Under the pieces are notes generated by a model. It did no database searches, was not told the DNA's origin, and saw nothing but the letters and a program-made list of their open reading frames with translations. The position numbers and the translations under genes were made by a program. Positions 21,063-39,100 of a stretch of 64,000 nucleotides of DNA are shown piece by piece. This DNA is from Salpingoeca rosetta (Eukaryota > Protista > Choanoflagellata). The stretch is from contig JAWQFM010000006.1 in the NCBI GenBank assembly GCA_033442325.1, positions 1,095,054-1,159,053 of the forward strand, in the 5' to 3' direction. How positions within the stretch are numbered: the first letter of the stretch is position 1; each line of letters opens with the position of its first letter.

Positions 21063-22447
21063 ATGAGAGTGGCTGGTGCACTGCTGCAGCAGGTGGGCCG
21101 GCGCGGCGTGATTGCTGTGCGCAGGGAGACCAAGAACCGATGGGAGCGGCGTGCTCCGCTCGTGCCCAAGCATGTGCGCAAGCTCAAGCGCATGGGCTTC
21201 CGCGTCCTCGTCCAGCCCAGCGACATGCGGTGAGTGTGCGAAACAGCACAAACAGAGGGGGAGGGGCCTGAGAAGCAGTGAACATCTTTTGCACGTTGCG
21301 ATTGCGACATCCGTGGTCGGCCCCCCCCCCCCAAAAAAAAAAAAACAGTCGTTCGCGGTGGTGAATGGATGGATGGATGGATAGAGGCGATGGAGGCGAT
21401 GGAGGTGGGGAGGCCAGGGAAGGGAGGTGCAGAAAGTGAGGGCGAAAGCAGGTGGGTTGAGTTGATTGGAGAGGAAGTCAGTCAGTGTGAGGGGGTTTCT
21501 GTGCTGGTACGGCTGCACTGCCGTCATGCATTGCAGGCTGTTTATCCCTCGTCTTACACACATTGTACACGCCTTCTCCGACCCACACCCACCCTCGCTT
21601 TCTCCCTCCCTCCCTCCCTCCCTCCCTCCGTCACACACTCTCACCCTCTCTTTGACCAGCGTGTTTACGAATGAGCAGTATGCTCGCGCAGGGGCAGAGC
21701 TGGTTGAGGACCTCTCGGCAGCCAGCGTCGTGCTCGGTGTGAAGGAGGTGCCGCTCTCCGAGCTGCATCCAAACAAGACGTAAGCACGGGCATGTGATGA
21801 GTTGGTGTGGTTCCTGCGCTGTGCTTGTCTTCCCTTTCTCGTTCCCCCCCCCCTTCTGCTCCTCTTTGCTTCTTTTCCCTCCTCCTTTTTCTCCTTCTCC
21901 TTCTTGTTCGCCGCTTTGACCGATGACCTCTGCGTGCTCTCGTGTCGTCCAGGTATGTGTGCTTCTCCCACACCATCAAGGCGCAGGAAGGCAACATGGG
22001 CATGCTCGACGACATCCTCAGCAAGAACATCCGCCTCATCGATTACGAATGCATGCTTGACGAGTTCGTTTTCCACCTTGCACCTCCATTCTGTTGTGAA
22101 GCTGTGTGTGCGTGTTTTTGTGCGCTGGCTTGCCTCTGTGTGTGTGTGTGTGCGCGCGCTGGCTGCGCTGGCTTGCCGTGTTTGTGCAGCATGTGTTCGT
22201 GTGGGTGTGCATTCGCGCACGTGTGAAAGACAGCATTGTTTCAATCCCAGCCACATGCTCACGTGCCACTGCTTGTGCTCCTTGACTGATAGGAACAAGA
22301 AGCGTGTGATTGGTTTTGGAAAGTTTGCCGGTATCGCTGGCATGATCGATCTCCTCCGTGGCCTCGGCGACCGTCTTCTCGGTGCGCGTGTGTGCGTGCG
22401 TGCGTGTGTGCGTGCGTGCGTGTGTGTGTGTGTGTGTGCGTGCGTGC

Positions 22448-22513
<66 letters not shown>

Positions 22514-23287
22514 CTCACTCGCCAGGCATGAACGCTTTCGTCACACGTGCACGCTCTTGCCGCCTTTCCATCCGTGTGCCATCTCCCGCGCATATTACCC
22601 TGACGTGCGGCGGGGTCATTCATTATCATCCACAGGTCTTGGGTACAGCAACCCGTTCCTCGGCATGGGCTACATGGACTACTTCCACAGCGTGGCAGCG
22701 GCCAAGACGGCGCTGCAGCTTGTCGGCAACAACATCCTCATCAACGGCACTCCAAAGGCCGTCGCCCCCATGATCTTCGGTTTCACAGGTCAACCCTCTT
22801 TATGCATCTTTCTGATGTTCACATGCATGGTTGTGTGCGTGCGTGTGTGCGTGCGTGTGTGCGTGTGTGTGCGTGTGTGCGTGTGTGTACTCGGGTGTAC
22901 CTGCGTGTTTGATGCGCCATTGCCCGTGCGCTCGCCGAGTGATCCTCCCCATTTCCCCCGTCCCTTCTCTGTCCTCACAACCCACCCATGCACCCCCGTC
23001 TCCTTTGTCGCTGTGCAGGCACTGGCAACGTGACGCAGGGCGCGCTTGAGATCTTTGAGCAGCTGCCACACGAGTACATCACGGCAAAGGACCTCGAAGT
23101 TGTCATCGCTTCCGGCGACCCCAACAGTCAGCGGCCGCCCATGCACTGCTACTGCGCATCCCTTTGTTGTACCTTCAGGCTTGGTGCCTGTTTGCTGTTG
23201 CTCTGATGTGCTCGTGCGTGTGAATCGTGCTGCCATGCCACAACTTCAACTCATGCCACAACTTCAACTCATGCCCACACCTTCCTT

Positions 23288-23319
<32 letters not shown>

Positions 23320-24673
23320 TTCTCTGCTTCTCCTCCTCTCCTCCTCCCGCCCGTTTGGCTCTTCCTGCGTGCAGCGCTCTACGGCATCAAGCTCCAGCGC
23401 GAGGATCTCGTGCAGCACAAGGACCCCACACAGCGCGTCACCTTCGACAAGGTGTTCATGGTGGTGCACATGTCCTGTCCTGTGCTCCGTGTGATCATAC
23501 GTGATGCACTAGCTTTGCCGATTCCGCCTTTTTCTCCCCACCTCGCCCCATCACAACCCCATCTCACAACCCCCACCACTTCACCACCACTTGGCCGACG
23601 AAACGCCCCCTGTGCACCGTTAGAACCACTACAACTCCAACCCGGACGAGTATGAGCCCATCTTCCACACCAAGATTGCCCCCCACATCTCCGCCCTCGT
23701 GCGTTGCTTTACACCTCGCCTCATGCTGCACTGTTGTCACGCGTCCTGTCGCACGCTGCGCGCTCTTTCTGTTGACTCTGTGACACGCACAGAACACACA
23801 CACACGTGCAATCACGCAATTGCCTCGCGACCACGCCAGTCTGTTGTCTCCCTCTTTGGTTCATGCTCACGCTTCCACATGCCCCCCCCCTCTCCACATT
23901 TGCTCTGACAGGTGCACGGCATGTACTGGGACGCGCGCTTCCCGCGTCTGCTGACGTGCGACCAGATGCGCGCCCTCCACAACACGGGAACAAGCCGCCT
24001 CATCGGTAAGTCAGACCGCGCTCCCTGCTGTGTGTATGTATGCATGTACACTCATGCGGCTGCGGTGTGCCTTGCCTGTGTAGCGTGTACGTGTGCGTCC
24101 GCGTGCGTATGTACACTCATGCAAAAATTGCAGTGCAGTGCGCCTTGTCTTTGCTGCGTTGTCGATGACACGAACACGTGCGCTCACCGCCTCCCCGTTC
24201 ACACCACCGTCTGCAGCGATTGCCGACATTTCCGCTGATCCAAACGGCTCCATCGAGTTTACACGCGAGTGCACAACCATCGACCGCCCTTATGAAGGTT
24301 TGCATTGGTGCTACTTTATGTTTACATTTGTGTGCCTTGGTGCTGTTTGCTCATGCCACGCGCCTGCTCTTTGGCCTTCAACCACGTGCTTACTCACACT
24401 CACTCACTCACACACACTCACTCACTCACACACACTCACTCACTCACATACACAACTTCCTCTCCGTGTACTTGTACTGCCGTGACATGTAGTGTACAAC
24501 CCGAACACGGACACGAGCGTGTTTGACTGGGAGGCTGAAGGCATTCTCCTCGGTCAGTGCTTCTGCCTTGTTGTTGATGGTCATGGCGGTCGCATGCTGA
24601 CACCAGCGACGTTGCCAGTGTTGTTGCTGCTTTGCCTCGTGCTTGCCCAAACACGTTGACGTTATCCCTAGCG

Positions 24674-24710
<37 letters not shown>

Positions 24711-25347
24711 CACTAACACTAACACATCACATGGCCTGCCCACCCCACCTCTTCTTTCTTCCCCCCCCCCCCCCACCTCCAACCAACCCCCCTGGCAACA
24801 GGCTCTGTGGACAACCTGCCTGCTGAGATTCCCGTAGAGGCGTCCATCCACTTTGGCGATCTGCTTGTCGACTACATCCCCGAGCTCGCCCGCTCAGACA
24901 TGACGCTCCCCTTTGAGCAGCAGACGGACATTGGCGACACGCTGCGCAACGCCATTATCACCGCCCACGGCAAGCTCACACCGCGCTACGAGTACATTGC
25001 CAACCTGCGCCGCGAGAACGAAGAGCTCGCCCGCAAGAGCGCGCCCCCACGCGTGGTTGTGCTCGGCTCTGGACTCGTCTGTCCGTCGTACATTGACAGC
25101 CTGCTCAAGGTCATGGGCAGCGGCAAGGTGGACGTGACCGTTGTTGGCGCGCAGGCGAGCGAGCTGAAGCAGCTTGCCAACGCCTACGACACCATCAACA
25201 CCGTGGAACTGGACGTCACTGACGATGCTGCGCTCCGCTCCGTCATTGGCACCTCTGATGTTGTCGTCAGCCTCCTCCCCGCCAGCCTTCACCTCCGACC
25301 AGCAAAGCTCTGTCTCGAGCTCGGTCAGTGCACCTGCGCGCCAACTG

Positions 25348-25379
<32 letters not shown>

Positions 25380-27349
25380 TGTGTGTGTGTATGTGTGTGT
25401 GTGTGAAAGCTGACTTCACGTTGCTTTCCCTTGCATTTTGTCCTCACTCACGCACTCACGCACTCACACATTCTCGTCCTTTTCATGGGTTTCCTCCATG
25501 CTCGCACGTCCAACCTACGAATGCCCACGCCTTTCAATGGCACCACCGCAATGACGGGCAATGCTCTCAGGCAAGGACATGGTGACGACGAGCTATGTCT
25601 CTGACGAGATGGCTGCGCTTCACGATGAGGCGCGCGAGAAGGGGCTCGTCTTCCTCAACGAGTGCGGCCTCGACCCGGGCATCGACCACTTCAAGGCCAT
25701 GGACATCATCCACCGGTGCGTCATCATGGTTTTGCGTTTGCGACCACGCCTGCATGATACCCTATTCCTGTGCCTTGCCCCACGCCTTTTGCCGTTGCCT
25801 GACGATGCTCTCTCCCCACCCCGTCTCTCACCGCGGCTGGCAGTCTGTCTGAGTCGAACATGGACATTACGTCGTTCACGTCCTGGTGCGGCGGCCTCCC
25901 CGCCATCCACTGCGCCAACAACCCGCTCGGCTACAAGTTCAGCTGGAGCCCGCGCGGCGTGCTCGGTACGAGACAAGGCAGATTTGTGTCTGTGTGTGTG
26001 TGCATGTGCGTGCGTGTGTGTGCGTGCATGTGTGTGCATGTGCGTGCGCTTGTGTGCATATGTGTGTGCATGTGTGTGTGTGCATGCGTGTGTGCGTGTG
26101 TGTGCATGCGTGTGTGCGTGTGTGCATGCGTGTGTGCGTGTGTGTGCGCGTGCATGTGTGTGTGTGTGCATGTGTGTGTGTTTTGCCCCCTTTCTCACGT
26201 CAGCGACTTCCTCCTCTCTTCTTTCTTCTCCTCCCGTCTTCTCCCGCGGCAGTTGCTGCGAAGAACGCTGCGCGGTACCGTGAGCACGGCGCTGTTGTGG
26301 ACGTTGAGAGCGGCACCCTCCCCGAGCACGCCCGCGACGTGCAGGTCGGCCGCATGCAGTTTGTCGGCACCCCAAACCGCGACTCGGTCAAGTACGAGAG
26401 CGTGTACGGCCTGGACAAGAGCGGCAAGCTGGAGTGCATTCTGCGCGGCACGCTGCGCTACACAGGCTTCTGGGAGGCGCTGCGCGTGTTTACGGAGGTT
26501 GGTCTCCTGCGTGAGGACATCAAGCTCGGCGCTTCCACCGCCCGCGACCTCATTGCCGAGGCAGCAAAGGCGCAGCCCGACGACGTGCCGGCAGAGACGC
26601 AGGAGGAGGCCCTTCGCATGCTTGCAGAGTGCGGTGTTGGGGAGAGCACGCGGTGCCCTGCCCACGTTGCCCCGCTGGACGCGCTCTCGGCCCTGCTTAC
26701 AGACGCCCTCGCCTACCAACGCGGCGAACGCGACATGATCGTCCTCACACACAGGTGTGCGGCTGTGTGAATGATTCGTGCGCTCTGCAATGCCGTTGCG
26801 TATGTGTGCGAGTGTATGTGTCTGCGTGCGTGTGTGTGTGTACGTGTGCGTACGTGTGCGTGCGTGCGTGCGTGCGTGCGTGTGTGCGTGTGTGACTTTT
26901 TGTGTGCGTTTATGTGTTTGGTTATTATCTCCCATTGTGCATACCCTCTCTCCCACATTCCCCCTTCCCTACACACGCTCACCTCCTCACCAACTGCACC
27001 ACCATCTCCGCCACCGCAACGATCACGTCCCTGTCCCTGTCCTCCGTCGTCCTCGCACCTCCACCGCCGCCGCAGCTTCACTGGTGTTGGCAGCGGCAGC
27101 AAGACGGTGCAGGTCGATGCTGAGCTGTCGTACATGGGCGGCCGCCACCCCATGGAGGCAACTGCGATGGCCACCACCGTTGGCGCGCCCGGCGCCCTCG
27201 CCACCAAGTACGTGCTGAACAAGAACGAGTGCAGCTTCCTGGACCGCGGCGTGCTGCGCCCAACCAACGTGCAGCTGAGTCAGCAGTTTTTGAAGGACCT
27301 CGACAAGTACTTTGACATCTCCTTCAACGAGCGCGTCATTGAGTCGTAA
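21063..27349 (+). CDS. AASS: Alpha-aminoadipic semialdehyde synthase (bifunctional lysine-ketoglutarate reductase/saccharopine dehydrogenase); many exons
   Basis: LKR: [83 protein letters not shown]: [27 protein letters not shown]...[27 protein letters not shown]. Short N-terminal mitochondrial-type leader. Confidence 0.96.
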
Positions 27350-27989
27350 ACCACCAGCACCAGCACGATACGCCACAGGCCAATCACAACCACCGCCACC
27401 ACCGCCACCACCACCAGTGATTCTTATTCTCCAGCAACATGCACGCCGTTTGATGGGTTGATAAGACGAGGCACATGTGTGTTTATGTGGCGGTGCCGAT
27501 GCTGCGGCTGTAGTTGCTGTTGCGTATACCTCGTTTGTGAGAGGGTGTGTTCACTGTTTTGCTCGTCTTTTTGGTTTGTAGGCGTGTGTGTGTGTGTGTG
27601 TGTGTGCGTGTGCGTGTGCGTGTGCGTGTTTGCGTGTGTCATGTTGAACCAGAACAAACAGCCCGCCATTCACCCCAACACACGCCACACTCGTGTTCTT
27701 CTTGGTCCCCTCAATAAGCAAACCCTCCTCAAGCAGCATCAAACGCGACAACAACAGGAATGCGTGCGCGCACATATGTGTTGGTTGAAGGGGGAAAGGC
27801 GTGTTTATCATTCATTACATTACATGTGAAGGAATAAGTGATAACTGAAAGAGGGGACATCGTCCAACAACATGCGAGTACAAAGCGTCAAGTCATATGA
27901 ATGAATGAATTACGTGAGCTGTAAAAGTGCAAGCGTGGTTGTGCGAAAACCACAGGCGTTTCAGGTCCGATATTGCTCAATGCACTTTA

Positions 27990-31117
<3,128 letters not shown>

Positions 31118-31291
31118 CTCCGCACAGTTGTTGCTCGTGTTGTTTGTGTCCCGTGTGAAATGGGTGTGTGTGATGATTGAAAGCGATGACGTGAGAATGC
31201 CTTCGTTTGAATGGTGACGGACACGGGTTTCATTGAAGTTGCTGAATCGACAACACTGACAGGCACGCACACCCTCTCTCCTTCGCGCATG

Positions 31292-33840
<2,549 letters not shown>

Positions 33841-33939
33841 CTTTTCGTGTGTCGTGCTGTCGTGTGTGTTCTTGCAATTGGCAAAACGGTACCTTTGTCG
33901 TGATATGCAATTTGCAAACGACAACACCCACCAACGACG

Positions 33940-34110
33940 ATGAGTGGCGTACCAAAGTTCACGGACAAGCAGCTCAAGGAGTTTCGCATGGCCTTTGGTG
34001 CGTGGTGCGTGTGTGTCTGTGTCAGTCTGTGCATGCATGTGTGTGTGCATGTGTGTGCGTGTGTGTGTGTGTGTCTGTGTGTGTGTGTGTCTGTGTGTGT
34101 GTCTGTGTGT

Positions 34111-34142
<32 letters not shown>

Positions 34143-34838
34143 CGATGCGTGAGAGAAGCAGTTGTTATCTCTCTCGCACCCTCTCTCTTCCCCCACCCCC
34201 ACCTCTCTCGATCCATCTCTGTCCCACGTACTCACACTCGCGTGCGATGTTCGCTCGACACTGTTCATGTGTGCATTAGACACATTTGACAAGGATGCAG
34301 ATGGCAAAGTAGACTCGGATTCGTGTTGCCGTGCAATGCGCGCATGCGGAATCCCGCTCACCGTGAAGGAAGTGCAGGTGCGCCAACACCACCACCTTTC
34401 AACCCCCAGCCTTGCTCGTGTCTTTGTTTTTGCTGCCCATGAACCACATCATGAACGTGCGTATGTGTGTGTGTGTGTGTATGTGTGCGTGTGTGTGCGT
34501 GAGTGCATCTGCTTGTATCTGCCTCTCTGTCTCTCCTTTTCTCTGTGTCTGTTCCTTCCCTCTTCTTCCTCAATTACCCACTTCCACCCTCACACGCACA
34601 CTTGCAAATGCAAACGCGTGTGTAGGAGATCACAACGGACCTTGACTTGTACTCGGACAGTGAAATCAACTGGGATGGTTTCCTTGCGTTATTGGAACAG
34701 CACTGGAAGCCCATCCCAACTAAGGAGGAGCTCGTCAAGGCGTTTCAAAGGGTATCGAGCATGTGTACTTGCGCTGTGTGTCTGTCGTTGTGTGTGTCGA
34801 TGTGTGTGTGTGTTTGTTTGTTTGTTTGTTTGTTAGTT

Positions 34839-34911
<73 letters not shown>

Positions 34912-35220
34912 GTGTGTGTCGATGTGCGGGTGGGTGTATGTTGACCTGTTTGCCAGCGTGATTGCTCTTCGAGCGCCACAACTGCCCATGTATTCCCTTC
35001 CCTGCGCCCAACACGCACGCTCATATGCCTGTGCTCCGCTTACTCGCGGCCTTTGGTGTTGTGTCATTGTACAGATTGACACGGATGGCAGCGGCTCTTT
35101 GTCTGCAACCGAGCTGAAGCGATACCTCACCAACATTGGTGACCCTCTCAGCGAAGACGAAGTGTGTGTGTGTGTGTTCGTGATTGTGTGTTCGTGATTG
35201 TGTGTTCGTGATTGTGTGTG

Positions 35221-35284
<64 letters not shown>

Positions 35285-35559
35285 TGTGTGTGTGCACTTC
35301 TGCCTTCGCTTTGACCCTCTGCCATACAATTCTCACACTGCCCCCCTCTCTCTCCTCCCTCTTCCGCTCTCGTCTTCCACTCTCCACCTTTTCCATTCCC
35401 ATGTCACCGCCTCACGCCACCAACACGCCCCCCCCCCCCCTTCCCATCACACAGTTCAAAGAGCTGCTGAAGGACGTGGACCAGGACGGTGATGGAGAAG
35501 TGTCGTTCAAGGAGTTTGTGGACCTCATGACATCTGGTGTCACATACAAGGACTATTGA
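33940..35559 (+). CDS. Calmodulin-like EF-hand protein (about 157 aa, 5 exons)
   Basis: Spliced product MSGVPKFTDKQLKEFRMAFDTFDKDADGKV...EELVKAFQRIDTDGSGSLSATELKRYLTNIGDPLSEDEFKELLKDVDQDGDGEVSFKEFVDLM has the four-EF-hand calmodulin layout. Confidence 0.88.
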
Positions 35560-36100
35560 GCAGATGGCAGGAAACCGCGCGTGCTCTTCCTGTGCTTTTC
35601 ACTCTGTTGTTGCTCCCACTGCTGCCGCTGTCGTTGCAGCAGCAGCAGTTGCTCAGGAGAACCTGTGTCGTGTCGCTTGCCATCCACATCCTCACATTTG
35701 TGCCATGTCTCCGCTGCATTTCTTCTTTGCTTCTATGTTACCTTTCCTTATCTGCAGCAGCTTGCGCCTTTGCTTACACTTGCTTTTCTTCCTTGCCCTA
35801 TGCATTGTGATGCTTGCATGTGTGTACATGTGGAGACGTGCCCTCACCATCCCCCGCATGATGCTGCAGCCGTGTGCTGAGCATTGCCGCCGCTTGTTTT
35901 GCTGTGTATGGCCGCGTGATGCGACGCGTGCAACAAACAACTCTCTTGGGCACCCCAATACAAAAATAAAACGTGAACCCACATGGGTGGGTCCTGAAGC
36001 TTTCATCACAGCATTAGCATGGAAGCAAAGAAACGCCAGCCCAACAAACAAACAAACACAAACAAACAAACAAACAAACAAACAAACAGACGAATTGGAA

Positions 36101-39100
36101 TCAGGTGTTATTCTGCCGCTGCTGCTGCAAGAGAGCGATAATGCGGGCGCTGTCGCGCTGCAGTGCGCCCACCTTCTCCGCCAGGCTCTCCTGCACCCCG
36201 TGCACCTGCGCCTCCATGGCCGCCAGTCGCACCGCCAGCTCGTCCACGCGCGCCTTCACGTCTGCAGCAGACGCCCGCGACTGCGTCTTCATCTCCATCT
36301 TGAGCATGGTCAGCATGCCCTGCCACTGCTGCCCGGGCGTGCTCTCGCCAACCCCCGTGCTCTTGGGCACGAGCACGTGCAGCCACTTTGGAAACAGCTT
36401 GGGGTCGCTCTTCTCTGCCGGCGACAGGAACAGCTCGCGTTCGCGCAGGTAGCGTGCGCGCAGCAGCTGGAACTCAATGTCTGCGCGGTCCTGGATGCGC
36501 TCGTACGAGTCCGACATGAGCGCAATCAGCAGGTTCAGCAGCACAACGGGGACCAGCACCATGGAGATGACAAACAGGATGCGCAGCAGCACGGCATAGG
36601 TGCCGCCAAAGGTGTCCAGCTCAAACTCCGCCAGCAGCAGCATGTTGAACATGATCAGCAGGCCGTTGGCCGGGTCGCCGAGCCCGTCCAAGGGCACCGT
36701 CTTGTCATCCAGCAGCAGCAGCCGGAACGACGTCCACGCGGCGACAATGCTGATGCCGAGGACCACCAGGAAGTAGCGCATGTCAAAGCAGATGGCCAGG
36801 ATCATGCGCACAAGCGGGCCGGTCGTCTTGAACGCTTGCAGGTGGTAGAGGATGCCAAACCAGCGGAGGTACGACGCAATCGCCAGCACGGCGCGCGCGT
36901 GCTGCCACCCGCCCAGGTAAGTGGCCAGCACCACAAAGGCAAGGACAATGTTGAGGGAGTCAAGCCAGTTCCAGAAGTCGCGCCAGTGCCCGCGCAGGTA
37001 CCGCCACTCCAGCATCTCGTGTTTGGCCTCGGAGGCGGCGTACAGCCCCAGCACAAGCACCATGATCACCGACACCACATCTGTTGCCGAGGCCTTGCTG
37101 GACAGCAGCTGCGACACGTCGTTGCCTTGCAGATCGACAACAAACGTGAGCACGGTGATGAAGACGACGGAGAGCAGGTACCAGTTGGCCTCGTTCCTGA
37201 ACTTGCGTCGCCCATATGTCTCCCACTTGAAGCGGACGACTGCGCGCGCAATGTAGTTGCCAAACAGCTCTGCCCGCCCGGCCTCCACCAGCGTGTCCAG
37301 CAGGCACGTGCCGTCAGGGAGCGTCGAAGCCGCGTATGGTACGGGCACGACGCGCGCCTCCGTGAGCACGGTGTGGTTCGACTGCGTCTCCAGTGCTTCG
37401 AGCTCCCCCGATGCCCGCAGCGACTGCCACAGGCCGGCGTTCTCGACGGGGCACTCGTCGCCCACCACAATCATGCGCGATGTCGGGAGCCGCGTGGCGC
37501 GGTGGTCGTAGCCGACGTCAGCACCGGACAGGACGAGGCCAAGGTTTCGCAGGAACGCCGCGGCAACCTGGGGGAACTCGCGAATCAGCAGCATGAGGTC
37601 CTGCGTGAAGCCGTGATGCAGGCTGAGCAGGGACAGCTCCCAGGGGTAGTGGTCGGCCGGGTTGGCCTTGCCGCGGTCCTGTGCCCGCGCGGCGTCTGCA
37701 ATCTTCGCCGTCACCATCGACAGCACCTCCACGTCCTTGGCGTGCGTGATGGCCGCGTGCAGCATGGAGGGCTGGCGCTCGAGACTGAGCACGGGCACCG
37801 TTGGGATGGACAGCATGCATGCAAGCACGTCCAAACGCCTGCTGTCGCTCGCCGCCCATGCCAGCGGGCTCAGCCCCGTCTTCATCCCGCGCCGCCCCCC
37901 GCGACGGTGCCGTCGCTTCTGCAGCTGGTGTTGATGCTGGTGTTGCTGGTGGTGCTGGTGGTGTTGCTGGTGAGGATGCACGAGCGCGGACTTGGACGTG
38001 GTGCGGTCCACACTCTCACCGCTCTCGCTCTCACCAAAGCCACCAAAATCATCAGCACCATCCCCATCCTCATCACCGCCATCACCATCCCCAGTACTGG
38101 ACGCGCTCTCGTGCAGGGTGGACAGCTGTTGTTGCTGCTGGCCCTTGCGTGTGCGATGGCGCTGGAGTTGTTGCGCATGCAGCTGCTGTGACGAGCGCGG
38201 TGCATCATCTGCTGTCACCACGGCACCACCACCGTTGCGCGTGTGCACTGCGCCCTGCGCGTGCGGGTCGCTGCCATCTGGCATGGTGCACTCGAGCGTG
38301 GACGGGAACGCAGTCAGGCAGCGCTGCAGTGCATTCAGCCGGCGTGCCGGGTTCTCGTTGAAGCGGTCGTGCGCAATCGTGCCTGTCAGCGCAAACGTCG
38401 GCATGTGCGGCAGGTCCGTGCAGCGCTCCGGCGCCAGCATGGACCCCATTGGCCACACCCGCAGCGTTTTGTCGTGTGTGCCGCCGGCCGACACGATAAA
38501 CTGCATGTCTGGGCTCACGGCCACGGCGTTGACCTTGTCGGTGTGGCCCTCCAGCGAGCAGATGCACACAGCGCCACCGCCGCTGCTGATCAGGCCGTTG
38601 CTGCCGTGTGCATGCGATGTGGAGGAAGAAGGAAAGTTGGGAGAGAGGGGGGAGGAGGCATGGGAGGAGGAGGAGGAGGAGGAGGAGTGCCCTGCTGCCG
38701 TTGTCGTTGCTGCTGCTGTTGCTGCTGTTGCTGTGCTTTCGAGCTGCCACACCTTGACTGTGGCGTCTTCCCCCGCAGAGATGATGTGGCGGTTGTCGCT
38801 CGCAACTGTGACGCACGTAACACACCCCTCGTGTCCCGTGAGCACAGCCCTGCACACAACGCGCTCAGGAACAACAACGGCCTCTGGCGGAATGTCCCAC
38901 AGGCGAATGGTGCCGTCGTCGCCGGCCGAGACCAGCGTGCGCGCGTCGGGCGTGAACGCGAGGTCGCTCACCCCGGCCTCGTCCGCATCAAAGCTGCCGT
39001 ACGTGTGGGCGTTGAGGGTGAGCAGGACAGACGGCTTGCTCAGGCCGGTCCACAGCATGACAATGCCATCTTCGCTGCCGGATGCGAGCAGGTGTGAGCC

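Noticed and set aside
23234-23275. 18-bp tandem duplication (atgccacaacttcaactc) in an AASS intron, and 12-bp repeats at about 44980-45030
   Set aside because: Ordinary slippage minisatellites with no spacers; not CRISPR-like or mobile-element ends.
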